The notes under the pieces are model-generated. The model worked only from the letters and a program-made list of their open reading frames with translations, was not told where the DNA came from and searched no databases. The position numbers and the translations under genes were made by a program. Shown one piece after another: positions 27,020 through 40,806 of a stretch of DNA of 64,000 nt. Origin of the DNA: Camelus dromedarius. Its lineage: Eukaryota. Where the stretch lies: assembly GCF_036321535.1 (NCBI RefSeq), contig NC_087437.1, positions 43,216,001 through 43,280,000 of the forward strand. The letters are read 5' to 3'. Positions within the stretch are counted from its first letter, which is position 1; every line of letters begins with the position of its first letter.

Positions 27020-30000
27020 TATTTTTTTAGTCAATGTATAGTTGATTTACAATATGATATTACTGTCAGGAATACAACAAATGATTCAATGTTTTTTTTA
27101 TAGATGATGCTCCACTTAAAGTTATTACAAAATAATGGCTATATTTCCCTGTGCTGTACAATGTATCCTTGTTGCTTATTTATTTTATATATAGTAGTTT
27201 GTGTCTCTTTATCTCATATCCCTATGTTGCCAATCCCCTCTTCCGTCTCCCCACTGATAATCATTAGTTTGTTCTCTATATATGAGAGTCTGTTTCTGTT
27301 TTGTTATATACATTTGTTTCATTTTTTAGGTCCCACATATAAGTGACAACATACAATATTTGTCTGTCTCTGTCTAACTTACTTCACTAAGCATAATACT
27401 GTCTAGGTTCACCTGCATTGTTGCAAATGGCAGAATTTCATTCTTTTTCATGGCTGAGTATTACTATGTGCAACAAATTTCTGTACATTAATTTTGTATC
27501 CTGCAACTTTGCTGAATTCATTTGTTAGTTCTAATAGCTTTTGGGGGGAGACTTTTGGGTTTTCTATATATAGTATAATGTCATCTGCAAACAGTGATGG
27601 TTTAACTACTTCCCTTCCAGTTTTCCAATTTGGATATCTTTTATTTCCTTTTCTTGTCTGATGCTGTGGCTGGGACTTCCAATACTGAGTTAGACAGAAG
27701 TGGCAAGAGTGGGCATTCTTACCGTGTTCCTGAATTTAATGGGAAGTCTTTCAGCTTTTCACCACTGAGGATGATATTAACTGTGGGTTTGTCATAAGTG
27801 GTCTTTATTATGGTGAAATATATTCCCTCTATACCAATTTTGATGAGACTTTTTATCATGAATGGATGTTCAATTTTGTCAAATGTTTTTTCTGCATTAT
27901 TTGAGATATCATGTGATTTGTATCCTTTCTTTTGTTGATGTGGTATATCTCATTGATTGATTTGCAAATACTGAATCATCCTTGGAACCCTGGAATAAAT
28001 CCCACTCGATCATGGTATATGACCCTTTTTATGTATTGTTGGATAGGATTTGCTCATATTTTGTTGAGGATTTTTGCATCTATCTATATTCACCAGAAAT
28101 ATTGGTCCATAATTTACTTTTTGTAGTGCATTTGTCTGATTTTGGTATCAAGGCAATAGTGGTCTCATAAAATGAATTTGAGAATGTTCCATCTTCTTCA
28201 GCTTTTTGGAATATTCTGAAAAGGATAGGCATTAGCTCTTCTTTATATGTTTGATAAAATTCCCCTATGAAGCCATCCAGTCCTGGACTTTTGTTTTCTG
28301 GGATTTTTTTAAATTACAAATTCAATTTCAGTATTAATGATTAGTCTGTTTATTGTTCCTTCCTGATTCAGTCTTGGCAGTTTGTGTGTTTCTAGAAATT
28401 TGTCCATTTCTTCTATGTTGTGCGATTTGTTGGCATTTAACTGTCCACACAGTTTTCTCTTACGATGTTTTGTATCTCTGGTATCAGTTGTTATTCTCCT
28501 CTTTCATTTCTTATTGTGTTTCTTTGGGTCCTCTCCTTGTTTTTCTTGATTGGCTGATTAAAGGTTATAAATTTTGTTTATCTTTTAAAAAAAACCATCT
28601 CTTGATTTCATTTATCTTTTCTATTTTTTTTTTGTCTCTATTTTATTTCCTCTCTGGTCTTTATTATTTCCTTCCTTCTGCTGACTTTGAGCTTTAATTT
28701 TCTTTTTCTAATTCCTTGGTGGATTTAGGATGTTTATTTGAGACTTTTCTTGTTTCTTGATGAAGGCCTGTATCACTGTAAACTTCCCTCTTAGAACTGC
28801 TTTTGCTGCATCCCATAGATTTTGGAAAGTTGTGTTTTTATTTTCATTCGTCTTGAAGTTTTTCTATTTTCCTCTCTAATTTCTTCATCTATACATTTTT
28901 TTAAAATTAGCATGTTGTTTAGTCTCCATCTGCTTATTATTTTCTTATATTTCTTTCTGTAATTAATTTCTAGTTTCATACAATTGTGTTTGGAAAATTT
29001 GCTTGATATAATTTCTGTCCTCTTAAATTTGCTGAGACTTATTTTGTGGCCTAGCATGGGATCTATCCTGGATAACATTCTACGTGCACTTGAAAAAAAT
29101 ATGTATTCTGCTATTTTTGGAAAGAATGTCTTGTAGATATCTATTAAGTCCAACAGGTTTATTGCATCATTTAAGACTACTGTTGCTCTTACTGATTTTA
29201 TGGCTGTATGATCTGTCCATTGATGTCAGTGGGGTGTTAAAATCCACTACTATTATTGTATATTGTTAATTTCTCAATTTATATCTGTTAATATTGCTTT
29301 ATATATTTAGATGCCCCTGTATTGGATGCATATATGTTACTGAGTATAATATCCTCCCTTGTGTTGATCCCTTTATCATTACATCATGCCCTTCTTGGAC
29401 TTTTATTATAGACTTTGTTTTAAAGCCTATTTTGAATGATATGAATACTGCTATGCTTGCTTTCTTGTAATTTCTGTTTGCGTGATATATATTTTTCTGC
29501 TCCCTCACTTTCAGTCTGTGTGTGTCTTTAGATCTTAAGTGACATAGCATATGGTTGGATCTTTTTTTTAATTAAATTAGCCACCTTATAGCTTTTGATT
29601 GGAGCATTTAGCCCATGCACATTTAGAGTAATTGTTGATAAGTATGTACTAGTTGCCATTTTATTTGTTTTCTAGTTGTTTTTGGAATTGTTTTCTATCT
29701 ATTTCTTCTTTTTGTTTTTCTCTTGTGGTTTGATGATTTTCTATAGTGGTGTTGTGTTCCTTTCTTTCTTGTTTTTGTGCATCTATTGTATGTTTTTGAC
29801 TTGTGGTTACCACAGGGTTCATAAATGTTGAACTATAAACCATGTTTTAAATTTGTAGTCCTTTAAATTAATAAGCATTCTAAAAGATCTGTCTTTTTAA
29901 CTCCCCTCCCCTACATTTTGTGTTTTTGTTGCTGTATTTTACATCTTCATGTTCATCCTTCCACTGCTTGTTGTAGTTACAGCTGTTTTTACAATATTCT

Positions 30001-32340
30001 GTTTTTCAACCGTTGTAGTAGCTTATTTAAGTGGTTGATCCTTAGTCCTTGCTCTATATGTCTTTCCTAGTGGGATTTTTTTTTTCTTTCCCATTGTTTC
30101 TTATGTCGTGTTATAGCCTTTTCTTTTCCACTTAGAGAAGACCCTTTAAAATTTCTTTTAGGGTAGATTTAGTATTGATGAACTCAGTTTTTTCTTGTCC
30201 GAGAAGTTCTTTATCTCTCTTTCAAATCTAAATGATCATCCTGGGTATAGTACCCTAGGTTGAAGATTTTTCCTTTCAGCACTTTGAATATATCATGCTA
30301 CTCCCTTCTGACCTGCAAAATTTCTGCAGAAAAACCAGTTGATAGCCCTATGAGGGTTCCCTTCTATATAACTGTTTTTCTTTTGCTGACTATAGAATTC
30401 TTTGTTTATCCTTAACTTTTACTGTTTTAATTATGATATGTTTTGGTGTAGGTCTGTTTGGGTTTATTTTGTTTGGGACCCTCTGTACTTCTTGTACCTG
30501 GACATGTGTTTCCTTCTTCAGATTTAGGAAGTTTTCAGCTATAACTTTATCCAATTTATTTTTGACCCCCCCATTTGTGACCCCTATAAAGTGAATGTTG
30601 GTGTCATCCAGAGAGCTCTTTAAACTATTTTCATTTTTCAAAATTTGTTTTTCTTTTTGCTGTTCTGATTGGGTGATTTTCATTATTCTATTTTCCAGAT
30701 CACTTATGCATTCCTCTATATCACTTAGTTTGTTGTTTATTCTTTCGAGTGTGTTTTATTTCAGTTAATGTATTCTTCAGCTCTGACTAGTTCTTTTTTA
30801 TATCTTCTAGTTCCTTGTTAAATTTCTCATTTGTTCATTCATTCTTTTATCTGATTCAGTTAGCATTCTTATTACTCATGGTTTGAATTCATCTGGTAAA
30901 TTGTTTATATCTGTTTTGTTATTTATTTTTTCAGGGATTTTCTCTTGCTCTTTCAGTGGAGAACAATTTCTGTCTTTTCATTTTGCTTAACTTTCTCTAT
31001 GAATTTAGGTGAAGCCTCTTGCAGTTTTGAAGGGGTGTCCTTATGTAGAAGCATCCCTATTCAGTCTGTATGTACCCGTGCTTTTGGTGGGAGAGCTGGA
31101 TTTGACATGAACAGAAATCATGTCTTTCTTCATGGTATGCTGACATCTGTTACCTTGTTCAGAGATGGGGTTGGAAATGGAGGTACTAGAGCTGGAGCTA
31201 GGTATAAGACAGGGCTTCCCCTATTCTCACTGGTCATCACCTCCATATTGGGGATGGGGTCCAATATGAAATTGATGGAACAGAAGCTGTGAGGGCCACT
31301 TCCAAGCTGGCTGTGTTGCCATTAAATGTGTGGTCTCTTCTCTCCCAGCATTGGCAACCTTGTCCCAAACAGGAGCAGTAATGGAGCAAGAGGGGCCCAT
31401 GCAGGCTCTTGGCTCATGACAGGGAGTGGGCTGCAGCAGGCAGCCACAGACGACATCCAGGCTGCCTCTGATGTGCTGCCTGTGCAGGTGCTGGCAATGA
31501 CAGCCTCCACTGCGTCAGAGTCTCTGTTCCAGTCACTCCCTCTCTGGCCTCCACTGCCCCCACCCTGATGTGGAGCAAGCGGGGCCACATGGGCGCTCGG
31601 TGTGTATCCATGTGCAGCCTGTGACAGTCCAGCCATGTCAGAGATACTGACCACCCCTGCCACACTGCCAGCATAACTGCCAGCAGTGGCAGCCCCACGG
31701 TACTTAGACACTGCCCTGGGTCCGAGTCACCTCTGCGTTCCAGGGCCAAGGGCCAAGGGCCAAGGGCCAACGGCCAACCTCTTTCCCCATTTATGGCAGC
31801 TTTTGCTCCAGTGCAGAGTTGTGAATTGAAGCAAGCAGAGCTGGAGCATTCACTTGACTCAGGCGGTGGCCCGTGCTGGAATGGTCATGGGAATCTGGAC
31901 AGTGACTGGAGCAGTCCTCAATTTGCCCTCTCCGTCCTGTCCTGGGAGCAAGCCAATGCTTACACACTTCTCATGAGTGGAGTCCAGGCTTCTCATAGCC
32001 CTCTTGTTAATACTAGTGGCCCTCCAGTCAGCCAAAGGGACTTGGTTTTCATGTCGGACCTAGGACTGGGGCACCCAAAATATTGCTCGAACCACTCACT
32101 CCCCAGGGCAGATCTCTGCATTTGTAACCTCCGTTTTCCTCTGAGTCCCCTCTCAGGGGCACAGGTCCTAACCTGATCACTTCTTTTCCCTTTCTACCCA
32201 ATTCCATGTGGATCTTTCTTACAGCCTTGGCTCTACAGGAGTTTTTCAGTGAGAAGTTTTCCACATGTTGGTATATTTTTGATGTGTTCACGGGGGGAGA
32301 TGAGTACCATGTCCTCGTACTCTGCCATGTAGGTCAACCT
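27020..32340 (-). mobile_element. Decayed LINE-1 with 5'UTR, ORF1 and ORF2 and a ~1.5-kb internal deletion; antisense to NLGN1
   Basis: Endonuclease remnant MDLIDIYKTFFPKIAEYIFFSSARRMLSRIDPMLGHK (28791-29153); ORF2 start MATSTYLSTITLNV at 29659; ORF1 remnant VIAENFLNLKKETHVQVQEVQRVPNKINPNRPTPKHIIIK (30390-30683); GC-rich 5'UTR ~31000-32340; 3'UTR 27020-27465. Confidence 0.95.
31742..31777 (+). repeat. 7-bp tandem repeat (AGGGCCA)n, ~5 copies, in the L1 5'UTR
   Basis: agggccaagggccaagggccaagggccaacggccaa read directly. Confidence 0.85.
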
Positions 32341-32834
32341 TCAGTGCTCTAAATTTAAGAGAAGAAAACCAATTAAGTGAATAAAAGGAAATTCCTTACA
32401 TTTGATCATCCTCTGATGGCAAATCAGATTTCTTTGGAAGCCGTGTAAATGACTTGGCTATTATATGTTTATTTTCCTCTATACACAAAAATAATGTGTG
32501 ACCCTAGAGTGATTCTCCAACAAGAGTGACTGATTTTACCAAACTAGAGGCGAATACCTCTCTGATCTTTTTTTATGATTCATTGAAAAATAACTCTTGT
32601 AGGGAGGTTTGATAGGTGAGTTTTGGTAGCAATGGTATAGACTTTCATTGGACAATATCAACTGAATACAAATCAAAAAGGTGTGCCCCTGATTTCATTA
32701 TTGCCATTATCTTTATATCCAAGCCAACAGACAATGTAAACTGTAGACCACACAGAGAGGTGCTGATGAATTCAATTAAAGAAAGGAAAAAAAAAAAAAA
32801 ACTCTGTCAAAATAGAGTGTCTATATAATAAACA

Positions 32835-33060
32835 ATAATAGTGATTAAAATTGCAGGCTCTCTAACACTGCCTTAAATTCAGCTTCTCCACACATTGGGT
32901 TGGGCAAGTCACTTAGTCTTTCTAGAGGTATCAGTTTACTCATTTATGAAATGGGAATAATTACAATACCTACCCCATAGGGTTGTTGAGTAGAATTAAC
33001 GGGGTCATTCATACAAGGTTGTTTCCCAGTGCCCAGAATATAATAGATAATAAAAGCTAG
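32835..33060 (+). mobile_element. MIR SINE
   Basis: ttgggcaagtcacttagtctttct...tcagtttactcatttatgaaatgggaataattacaatacctaccccatagggttgttgag. Confidence 0.8.
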
Positions 33061-36000
33061 CTTTATTAGGTTTTATTGCAATCATGACACTACTTTGAAT
33101 ATCCAAAGTTGTGTCTTATGGATTCTGTGAGTGAATCTTCATAAATAAGTGGTAGGATCTATCCCTGAACACTGATATGACTGTTTTTGAAGAGCATGTA
33201 CCATTCTTTTCCAAATCCCATGCTGGTTTGAAAGGGTTTGTGCAACTTTCCCAAGTATCTATTTCATGCATGAAAAATCTTGCACATTTGTGACTAATAA
33301 TGAGAATAATCATTTTATTAAGCAACCAGTGCTCCAGTGGCTATAGCACACTCCTAAGGAGTATGATGCTATGAAGCATTAATCAAATTCATTTTCCAAT
33401 TAAGGTGTTAAACTTTTTTTCATGGTCTGTGATCATATGTTTATATTTACAAATATAAACATCTTGTTAATGTGTGTTCACTTTATTTTTCCTAGTTTTA
33501 TGAATCTCTTGTTTATTTTGGAATTGGACTATAAATTGCCCCAAAGAAGTACCTCAGGGTCCCTGTCATTGTTGAAAAATGGGAAAAGTGAAAAAGACAA
33601 GAGCCTTAGAAAATATGCAGTAGACTGTATTAGGCAATGGTTTTAGGAAGCAGAGTGATTTTTTGTGTGTGCCAATGTTTCCATCTTACTACAGATGGCT
33701 CTTGCTGGCAGAGGATAAGGGCAGAAGGAAACCAATAAACTTGCCATCTTTTCCTTAAGAAGATATGAATAATATAGCATATTGCTCCTAAAAACAAATT
33801 TTTGCCCTAATTCTCTAATATGTGTTTCCTCTTGTTTATCTGCCTTAAGGTTGTTATACAAAGACAATATTTAACCTCCATATTTCTTGTCAAAAATATT
33901 ATATCACTATTGAGTGTACTTTGTCACTCGGTCTTTCTTTTCTAAACAATGACGTTAGTGTTCCAAAAATGGATGGCAAAAATCGATCTTAACTGGCAGT
34001 TAATGATTTTTCAATAAACAACTTAAATCACTTCATGTTCTTTAAATGTAGGAACAAAACTAGAATTTACTTTTTTACAAAAAATAACATGGGTAATTGA
34101 CTTGATCAAAGATTTTGATATATTATAGTTTAACCAATAATATTTATAATGGTAAAAATTATTCTTATGGAGTAAAATAAATGCAAAATTATATACCTTC
34201 ATTTGCATATCTGATATATCCCTGGTATAATAAACAATTAGGATGAGTGGGCTAGTATCACATTTAATGTTTTATTCATAAAATATCAAATGTTTTAAGA
34301 ACATTCATTAAATGAGTTAATTATACTTAATATATTCTATGTAAATATTCTGTGGAAATAAATAATAGAAATTGTAGAATTGTAGAAATACTAAGATTTT
34401 GTTAAGCAAGGAATCTTTAAGTTCAGATAGTCTGGTTAATTTGATTTTAGTTCAAAAACTCAGTTTATTTTAATATTTTTCATTAGTTTTCTAGAAAATA
34501 TTTTCTAGAAAAAATAGAAAACCAATTTTGTCTTAGTGAGTACACTGTATTGAACACAGACTGCATTTCTCTCTTGTTTTTATTTTTCTCTCATATTAGG
34601 TGTCTGAAAAGCCTCAGAATAAACATTGTGAATATCAATTAAACTTATAGCATGTGTTATCTGTAACTAACTAGGTAGAAGAGTTTTACTTGACTCTTTA
34701 GAAGGCATCCGGTTTAGGTGAAGGGTTACTTTTATTTAAGTCTGTTCTCTTAATATTTCCTACTCCCCTTTTATTTGTTTAACAAACTTTTACCGAGTTC
34801 TAAAATGCATCAAGCTTTGGGCAGTAACTTCAGGTATAAAGATGAATTTGACATGCCCTCTCTCCTTCAGATGCTTAGAATCTATTGGAAAAACCAGAGA
34901 AGCTTCAAATCAACTGAAAACTGAAAGCAGGGAGGATAATGTGGTTTGAACTAACTATCAAGGAGCATAAGTCTGGATGTTACAAAGTGGTGAAATTAAG
35001 CTGATTGTATTTCAGTTGAGTAGATTTTGAAAAGAGTTATCAGCTGCAAATCTAACTATGTAGATCCCATGCACTGGATAACAGATGTGTAGCTGAATAA
35101 GGAATCAAATAACAAAAAATGTTCACTAGTTTTTCCTCATTAACTACATTTTTACAAGATTATGTAGAATGTTCACAAATTGATGCTTCATTTTACGACT
35201 TCCTTTAACCATTTTTAAAATTTATCAGTCATTTTTTAATTTTTAAAAATTTTTTCTGAAAGCTGCTATCCATTTACCTGCAAGTTCTGTGAATCAGGAA
35301 ATTAAAATACATGAATAGACTTTCAAAATTGCATGCATAAAAAGCTACACTTTTTCTAGACAGCTGTCCATGGAATGTGTCATTTGTTCTTGGAAAAGTC
35401 CACATTTAAACTAAGGTTGACACTTTGTCCTTAATTCACGCTGCAATGCTTCTAACTTCCCTACGTAATAATGTGAGTTAAGGAATGTATTAATCTACAG
35501 TTGTTAGTGCTGTCACTTGGTTCGTATATTTAAGAATGACTTGTACATGTTTCTCTCTGTATGATACAAAAACACATGCATCCATGTATATGTATGTGCT
35601 TGTTGCGATCATAAATGAGTTCAAATGTTACACTTACGTCCTGAATGTGAATCTCAAATCACACTCAATACTTATAAGCTGAAATAGTTTCTATAGTAAG
35701 TGCAAATAGCTGGAAGACTTTAAAGATTTAGAGAGTGTTTCATGAAACATACACTTTTGATCGCCCATCTGCGTCTTCAATGTCATGTGCACTGGTAATC
35801 AAGATAATAGTGTGTGTCTTCCTAATCCAACCAGAATGTCATTCTGAGTGGCCATTTTATTGATGAGTTTAACATTCAACACAATTTAACTCTGTGTAGT
35901 TTAAACTCCCCACTAGCGTTATAATTAATTGGTGAAATTAAATATTTATTCAAAGAGTCAATAGAGATTTTGGCACAATAAAAGCATCACAGAGCAAGAA

Positions 36001-36069
36001 GTAATCCAAGAGAAGCAGATGTTTAAAGATATGCATAGAGTGTTTACTTGATTTGTCCCAGGTTTTACA

Positions 36070-36500
36070 GCAAGTTAAAAATTATGACCATTATGATATT
36101 TTAAGTGATAAAAATAATATATGTTCATGATTTAAAAAATGGAAACATTGAGATGAGAGTGAGTGAAAAAGGGAAAGTTGAACGTCTTTCCCCACATCAC
36201 ATATTATACTTACTCCCTAGAGAAAACAATTTATAATAGTTTTTGGATATCCTTCCAGGGAATGTCTGTGTACATTTAAACATGTGTACTTAATTCTTTT
36301 TCTATACAAATGTGATAATGCTTCTCATATTATTCTGAAATTTGCCTTTTCTTCTTAATCATGTGTGTTACATAACTTTAATATTAGAACATGTGGACAT
36401 ATCTAATTCATTTTAAGAAATTCATGGGACTAAGTTGGTTCACTGCTTTGGATGGATGAACTTTGATGGACATTTTAGTTGCCATTTTGTCTTTTTATCA
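36070..36500 (-). mobile_element. Old LINE-1 (L1ME-like) 3' remnant
   Basis: tagtttttggatatccttccag; tattctgaaatttgccttttct; ttgatggacattttagttg. Confidence 0.5.
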
Positions 36501-36589
36501 TTCCCATTTTTGGATTGACTTAATGACCATGCTGTTATCATGGCCAGTTCATTTCTGGATTGGAGGACAGGTTAGGCTGGTCTCTGTGA

Positions 36590-36815
36590 AGAGTGTGGAT
36601 CAAACATGGGTGATAGAGTTGCCGTCACTACCCAGTGATGGAGTTTTAGACAAGTGGAGTAACTTCCCATGCTTCTGTGATTACATTTATAAGATGGATA
36701 TATTTATAAAGCAGAAACATCAACCCTTGACTTCCAAGGTGGTTAGGAAAATACAGTGAAGTAATATGTGTTGAAGTATTTTGATAAAAGATGAAATCTC
36801 TTTTAAACATAAAGT
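36590..36815 (+). mobile_element. MIR remnant
   Basis: ttagacaagtggagtaacttcccatgcttctgt...catttataagatgga...ccaaggtggttaggaaaatacagtga. Confidence 0.5.
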
Positions 36816-37799
36816 AGATTTAGCATCCAATGCTCTTGATAAGAGTCATAGACTGTTAGCTCAAACCTGGGCAATGTTACATGCCTTGGTCATGGAAAAA
36901 GAACTTAAGGTAGTTTTATTTTATTAGACTTCATCTAAGATTTAAGGGAAGTTTGAGATTTCACTGGGCAACACACATGACAGAGTGGATGAATCTGCCT
37001 CTCCTTGCTCCTTTGGTTACTGTTATTACAGCTGGTCCTGTGATTCCCACAAATGCAATCTTACCATCGAAGAGGCTTCTGAAATTTTTAGTTATCTTTG
37101 TCTACTGTAAGTTGTGGATAGAGACGAGTAAGGCAAATCGGATCTGGAACCTAATTGTGTTGCCCTGTGACAACTGGGGAAGATAGGCCTTTAAATGAGC
37201 TAAATACGATAAAGTCCATATAACACAGAGCAAAGTCCCTGACAGACTGATAGGCATTCAGATGTTAATTCCTTGAAATTATATAGATAACCAAATTAAT
37301 TGAAAGGTAGTAAAGGCAATGGGTAATGGAATTATAGTTTAAAAAAAAAATCTCAGCAAGATACTTTTACTATAAAACCATAAAAATTTATTGTAAAAAG
37401 AGTAAAAAAAAAACTGTATATGTGTCTTGGTAAACTAATAACTTAATATGGTAGTTCTGAGCACTGAATGTTTTCAAAATTTCGTTTCCCCTAACGGCTC
37501 CTGTTTTATGAACGTTTGCATTTTATAGAGTTTCTCCCTGGGAGTAAATAGTAAAATAACTGTAGGTATTTTTAGCTACTCGTTCCATATCTCAGGCAGC
37601 CCCTGGGAGAACAGGAGAGGGAACAGGTGTGGCCAGGCATCTTCTATTGTGTGCTCAAAGCTTGCCTAGTCCCTTTTCTTTGCATTGTTCTTCACCACCC
37701 ACGAATTAAAGTTGTTATAGAAGTTTTTCAAACTATAGACTTATGTCTTTTTACCACACTTCATCCCCACCTCCTTTGGTTTAAGTATTCACAACTAAT

Positions 37800-38220
37800 T
37801 AGATTTATTTTCAAAAAAGCTAAAATCAGTATGCAACTATAAAAAAAAAGATGAAGTTTTTCATAGGCTGATATAGAAAGATTTCTCAGATATAGCATTA
37901 ATTTAAAAAAGCAAGGGATAAAACAGTGAATTTAGAGTACTATCTTTTATGTAAAAAAGAAGAAATAAAAATACTTATAGTTTATAATTGCTTGTGTCTG
38001 TATAAATACTTTCCTTGAATTTGCATGAAGGATATGGAAAGGACACACACAGAGCCAAGCTGTCACCTACAGGACTGGGGATAAGAGGCAGGGACAGGGG
38101 AGGTAAAGCTGGATGAGATGGGACTATGACTTTTTGATGTACCTTGATATTTATTGATTTGATTTTTTTCAACTTTGTGAATGAATTATCTATTTAAAAG
38201 ATACAATTAAGTGACAAAAA
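37800..38220 (+). mobile_element. Old LINE-1 (L1ME-like) 3' end
   Basis: tatgcaactataaaaaaaaagatgaag...ctgatatagaaagatttctcagatata...aaaaaagcaag; ends ttgtgaatgaattatctatttaaaa. Confidence 0.6.
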
Positions 38221-39019
38221 TTGAAATCCATAGTGGAGCCAGCAAAATGCATTAGAAGCAGTATAGACTATAAATCTAAGGGCCATGGGGTTTTGTAGCA
38301 TATTTGCCACATTTTTGGAGCCTGTAACTTAGGACAAGCCACTGAGACTCTTAGTCTCCCAGACTCCACGTCCTCACCTGCTCCAGGCGAGGAGGCAGTA
38401 GACTATCTCATACCCTACATGCCAATTTAGGCTGTATTTTAATTGATCTAAGATTATGCATAATCTTGAGCCACTGGTTTAGTGCCATGGGCCACTGAAA
38501 GCATGGAAACATATGTTCTAATAAATTTTCCATCCAAAAAGAAATAATATTTCTTTGAAGAGTTCCGTTTTATAATTTCTTCTAGCTGTATTTTTTTTTA
38601 AGTAGGGAGATTGCATGAAATAACCTCTCTTAAAATATTTGATTGTATAGCAGTTTTCCTTAGAGGAATTCAACTTTTCCATAAAATTTTAGCCTAGAAA
38701 TGGGCCCTGATAGTTGTGACAAAACTTGTGGAGCACCAGCTATGTTCTAGGTAGTGTGCTAGGAAGTTTACATCTGTAATTTTCACACCAATCCTACAAA
38801 AAGGTGCTCTTACCCTAATTTTTCCTCTTGAGGAAATGGGGCTTCGAGATACTTACATCGTGGAATAGATAACTCTAAGTGTAAAACGCGAGTGTCAACA
38901 GGATGTATTAGGGAAGGTGAGAAAGATGAATATTAACATCTCTCTGTGGAATGTGTTAGCCTTAGCTGTGTCTAGAGGCAATAAAGGGCTAGATAATTTC
39001 CTTGAGTCTTTTCCCTGAC

Positions 39020-39715
39020 AGACTGGATGTGAGAGAGGGTATAGTATATATCATGGGAGCTTCTCTTGTCTACCTGCTCTCCCACAGGCATGCTCAACAG
39101 AGAGACATACTGAGAAGAGTGGACACCCCATGAGACCCACTCAGTGATGCCCACATCAATGGGAGCAAACAAGCAAGAAAGACACACACACAAACCGTAC
39201 AGAAAGAGGGAGAGAGAGATACACACAGGGAAGAATGCAGACACAGAAATCCATGCTATCAAAAACACAAACCCAAAGCTACCCCCCCACCGTAGAGACT
39301 GGTGCAGTGAGATGGATCCAGGAGGCTCACAGAGAGAAATACACAAACATACAGATAGAGTGGGACACCGGGTGTCAAAGACATTCAGAAGCAGAAAAAG
39401 AGAGACGCATAAATGGAGACACAGAGAAATGTATACAACAGAGAGGGAAAAAGCACGCACCTGGTCAGAGAAAAGCACAGGCAGAATGAAGCAGGCCAAT
39501 GAGCAGCAAGACACAATGGGGCAGAGTCTCATGCATTCAGAGCCATTTACACATGAAGCGAAGTGCGTAACATGTAACTCCACAAGAATGGAACACGCGC
39601 TTAACTAGACAGAAAAATTCACGTTCACACACAAAGAAATACCCAGAGAGACAGGTGTGACATCCACGCACACAAAGACAGACACACACATAAACAGGGA
39701 GAGAGACCTATATAT
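39020..39715 (+). repeat. Degenerate (CA)/(GA)-rich low-complexity segment
   Basis: Repeated acacacac/agagagag/gacacaga words on the + strand; translations are dominated by E,R,T,H (+) and C,V,L,S (-). Confidence 0.6.
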
Positions 39716-40624
39716 CTGTAGCCTGTAGACAAAAAGAATAAAACTTCAGTTCTTAACATAATGATGGTTCAAAAGCTTCCCTGCTTCCCTGGCTCCTCCT
39801 GCACTAGGCTGAGGGCCAAGAATTCCCCGTTTCCCAGGCCACAGATGGTGCCACCACCGTTGGATCACTGTGCTATGTTCTTATTGTATTTTTATACTCC
39901 TGTTTATTTCATTATGTTCCAGGGAGCAAATTTCTTTCACTCTTTGACATTTATCCCACTTAGGTATTTCCTGATAATTTTCACTTCTTCCTTACATTAC
40001 ATTCCTTAATTTTCTTAAAAGTAGGTTCTGAACTGCTTCAGGTTGGGGTCATTGCTTTGTCTAAAAATGTCTTTTTTTCTATTTAGAATTTCCTATGTAG
40101 GATTTCTTCCTATGATCTTTGAGATAGCAAAGTGGATATTCTTGGTAATAGGTCAACCCTCAAAGAATAAAAAATATTGTCAATATTAAATACATTTTAA
40201 ACCAGTCTGATGCGAAATGTTTTGAGATAAAGATTATTTTTTGACTAGATTATGAAACCAAAAGAATAGAGCTATTTAACACATTTAATGACATATACAT
40301 ATTTACATGAGTTTATATATATGATATGTTTGTATTTATGTGTATAAACACACATCTATCTGTTTATATCTATCTATTTACCTTTCTATCTATTTAAAAT
40401 ATTCCCATGAAATAAAACCTTACTTGGAAGTGGGCAGCTCTTTTCTTCTGGGCATTGTCTTCTCGAAGAGAAGGCACCATTCGACTGGAGCTTGCTGTCA
40501 CACGGACATTTCTAGCCGGTGTGTGTCATAGCCAAGCTTGTACACAGTGTGGTCAATTTCATATATTTATGTCCAGCTTTTCATTTGAGAGTTATAACTG
40601 AAAAAGAGTCAAGATTCCCAAAGT

Positions 40625-40806
40625 AGGACAAGGGTCTAGAACCCAGATTTTCCTGAAGGTGTGTTTCATGGACCTCATTCATCACTAAATTGCTGAATTC
40701 TAGGCTGAACCCTGACCGATCTCAGGGGTAAGGGGTGGTAGGAATTGTCATTGTTGATAAGCTCCCTGGATATTTTTTATGAACACCCACATTGGAAAAG
40801 CACTGT
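40625..40806. mobile_element. MER5-like (hAT-Charlie) DNA transposon remnant
   Basis: tgctgaattctaggc...tctcaggggtaaggggtggtaggaattgtcattgttgataagctccctggatatttttatgaacaccc...ttggaaaagcactg. Confidence 0.55.

Noticed and set aside
30945..32291. Cluster of 80-130-aa ORFs in a GC-rich region suggesting a gene or CpG island
   Set aside because: They lie in the 5'UTR of the second L1; higher GC lowers stop frequency and CpGs are sparse.
34600..34674. 75-nt pseudo-exon with a strong pyrimidine tract
   Set aside because: In-frame TGA at the third codon in NLGN1 phase and a weak donor (GTAGAA); indistinguishable from chance without expression data.
38972..39608. 203-aa (-) and 154-aa (+) ORFs as protein-coding genes
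   Set aside because: Composition reflects CA/GA low-complexity DNA, with no recognisable domain or splice structure.
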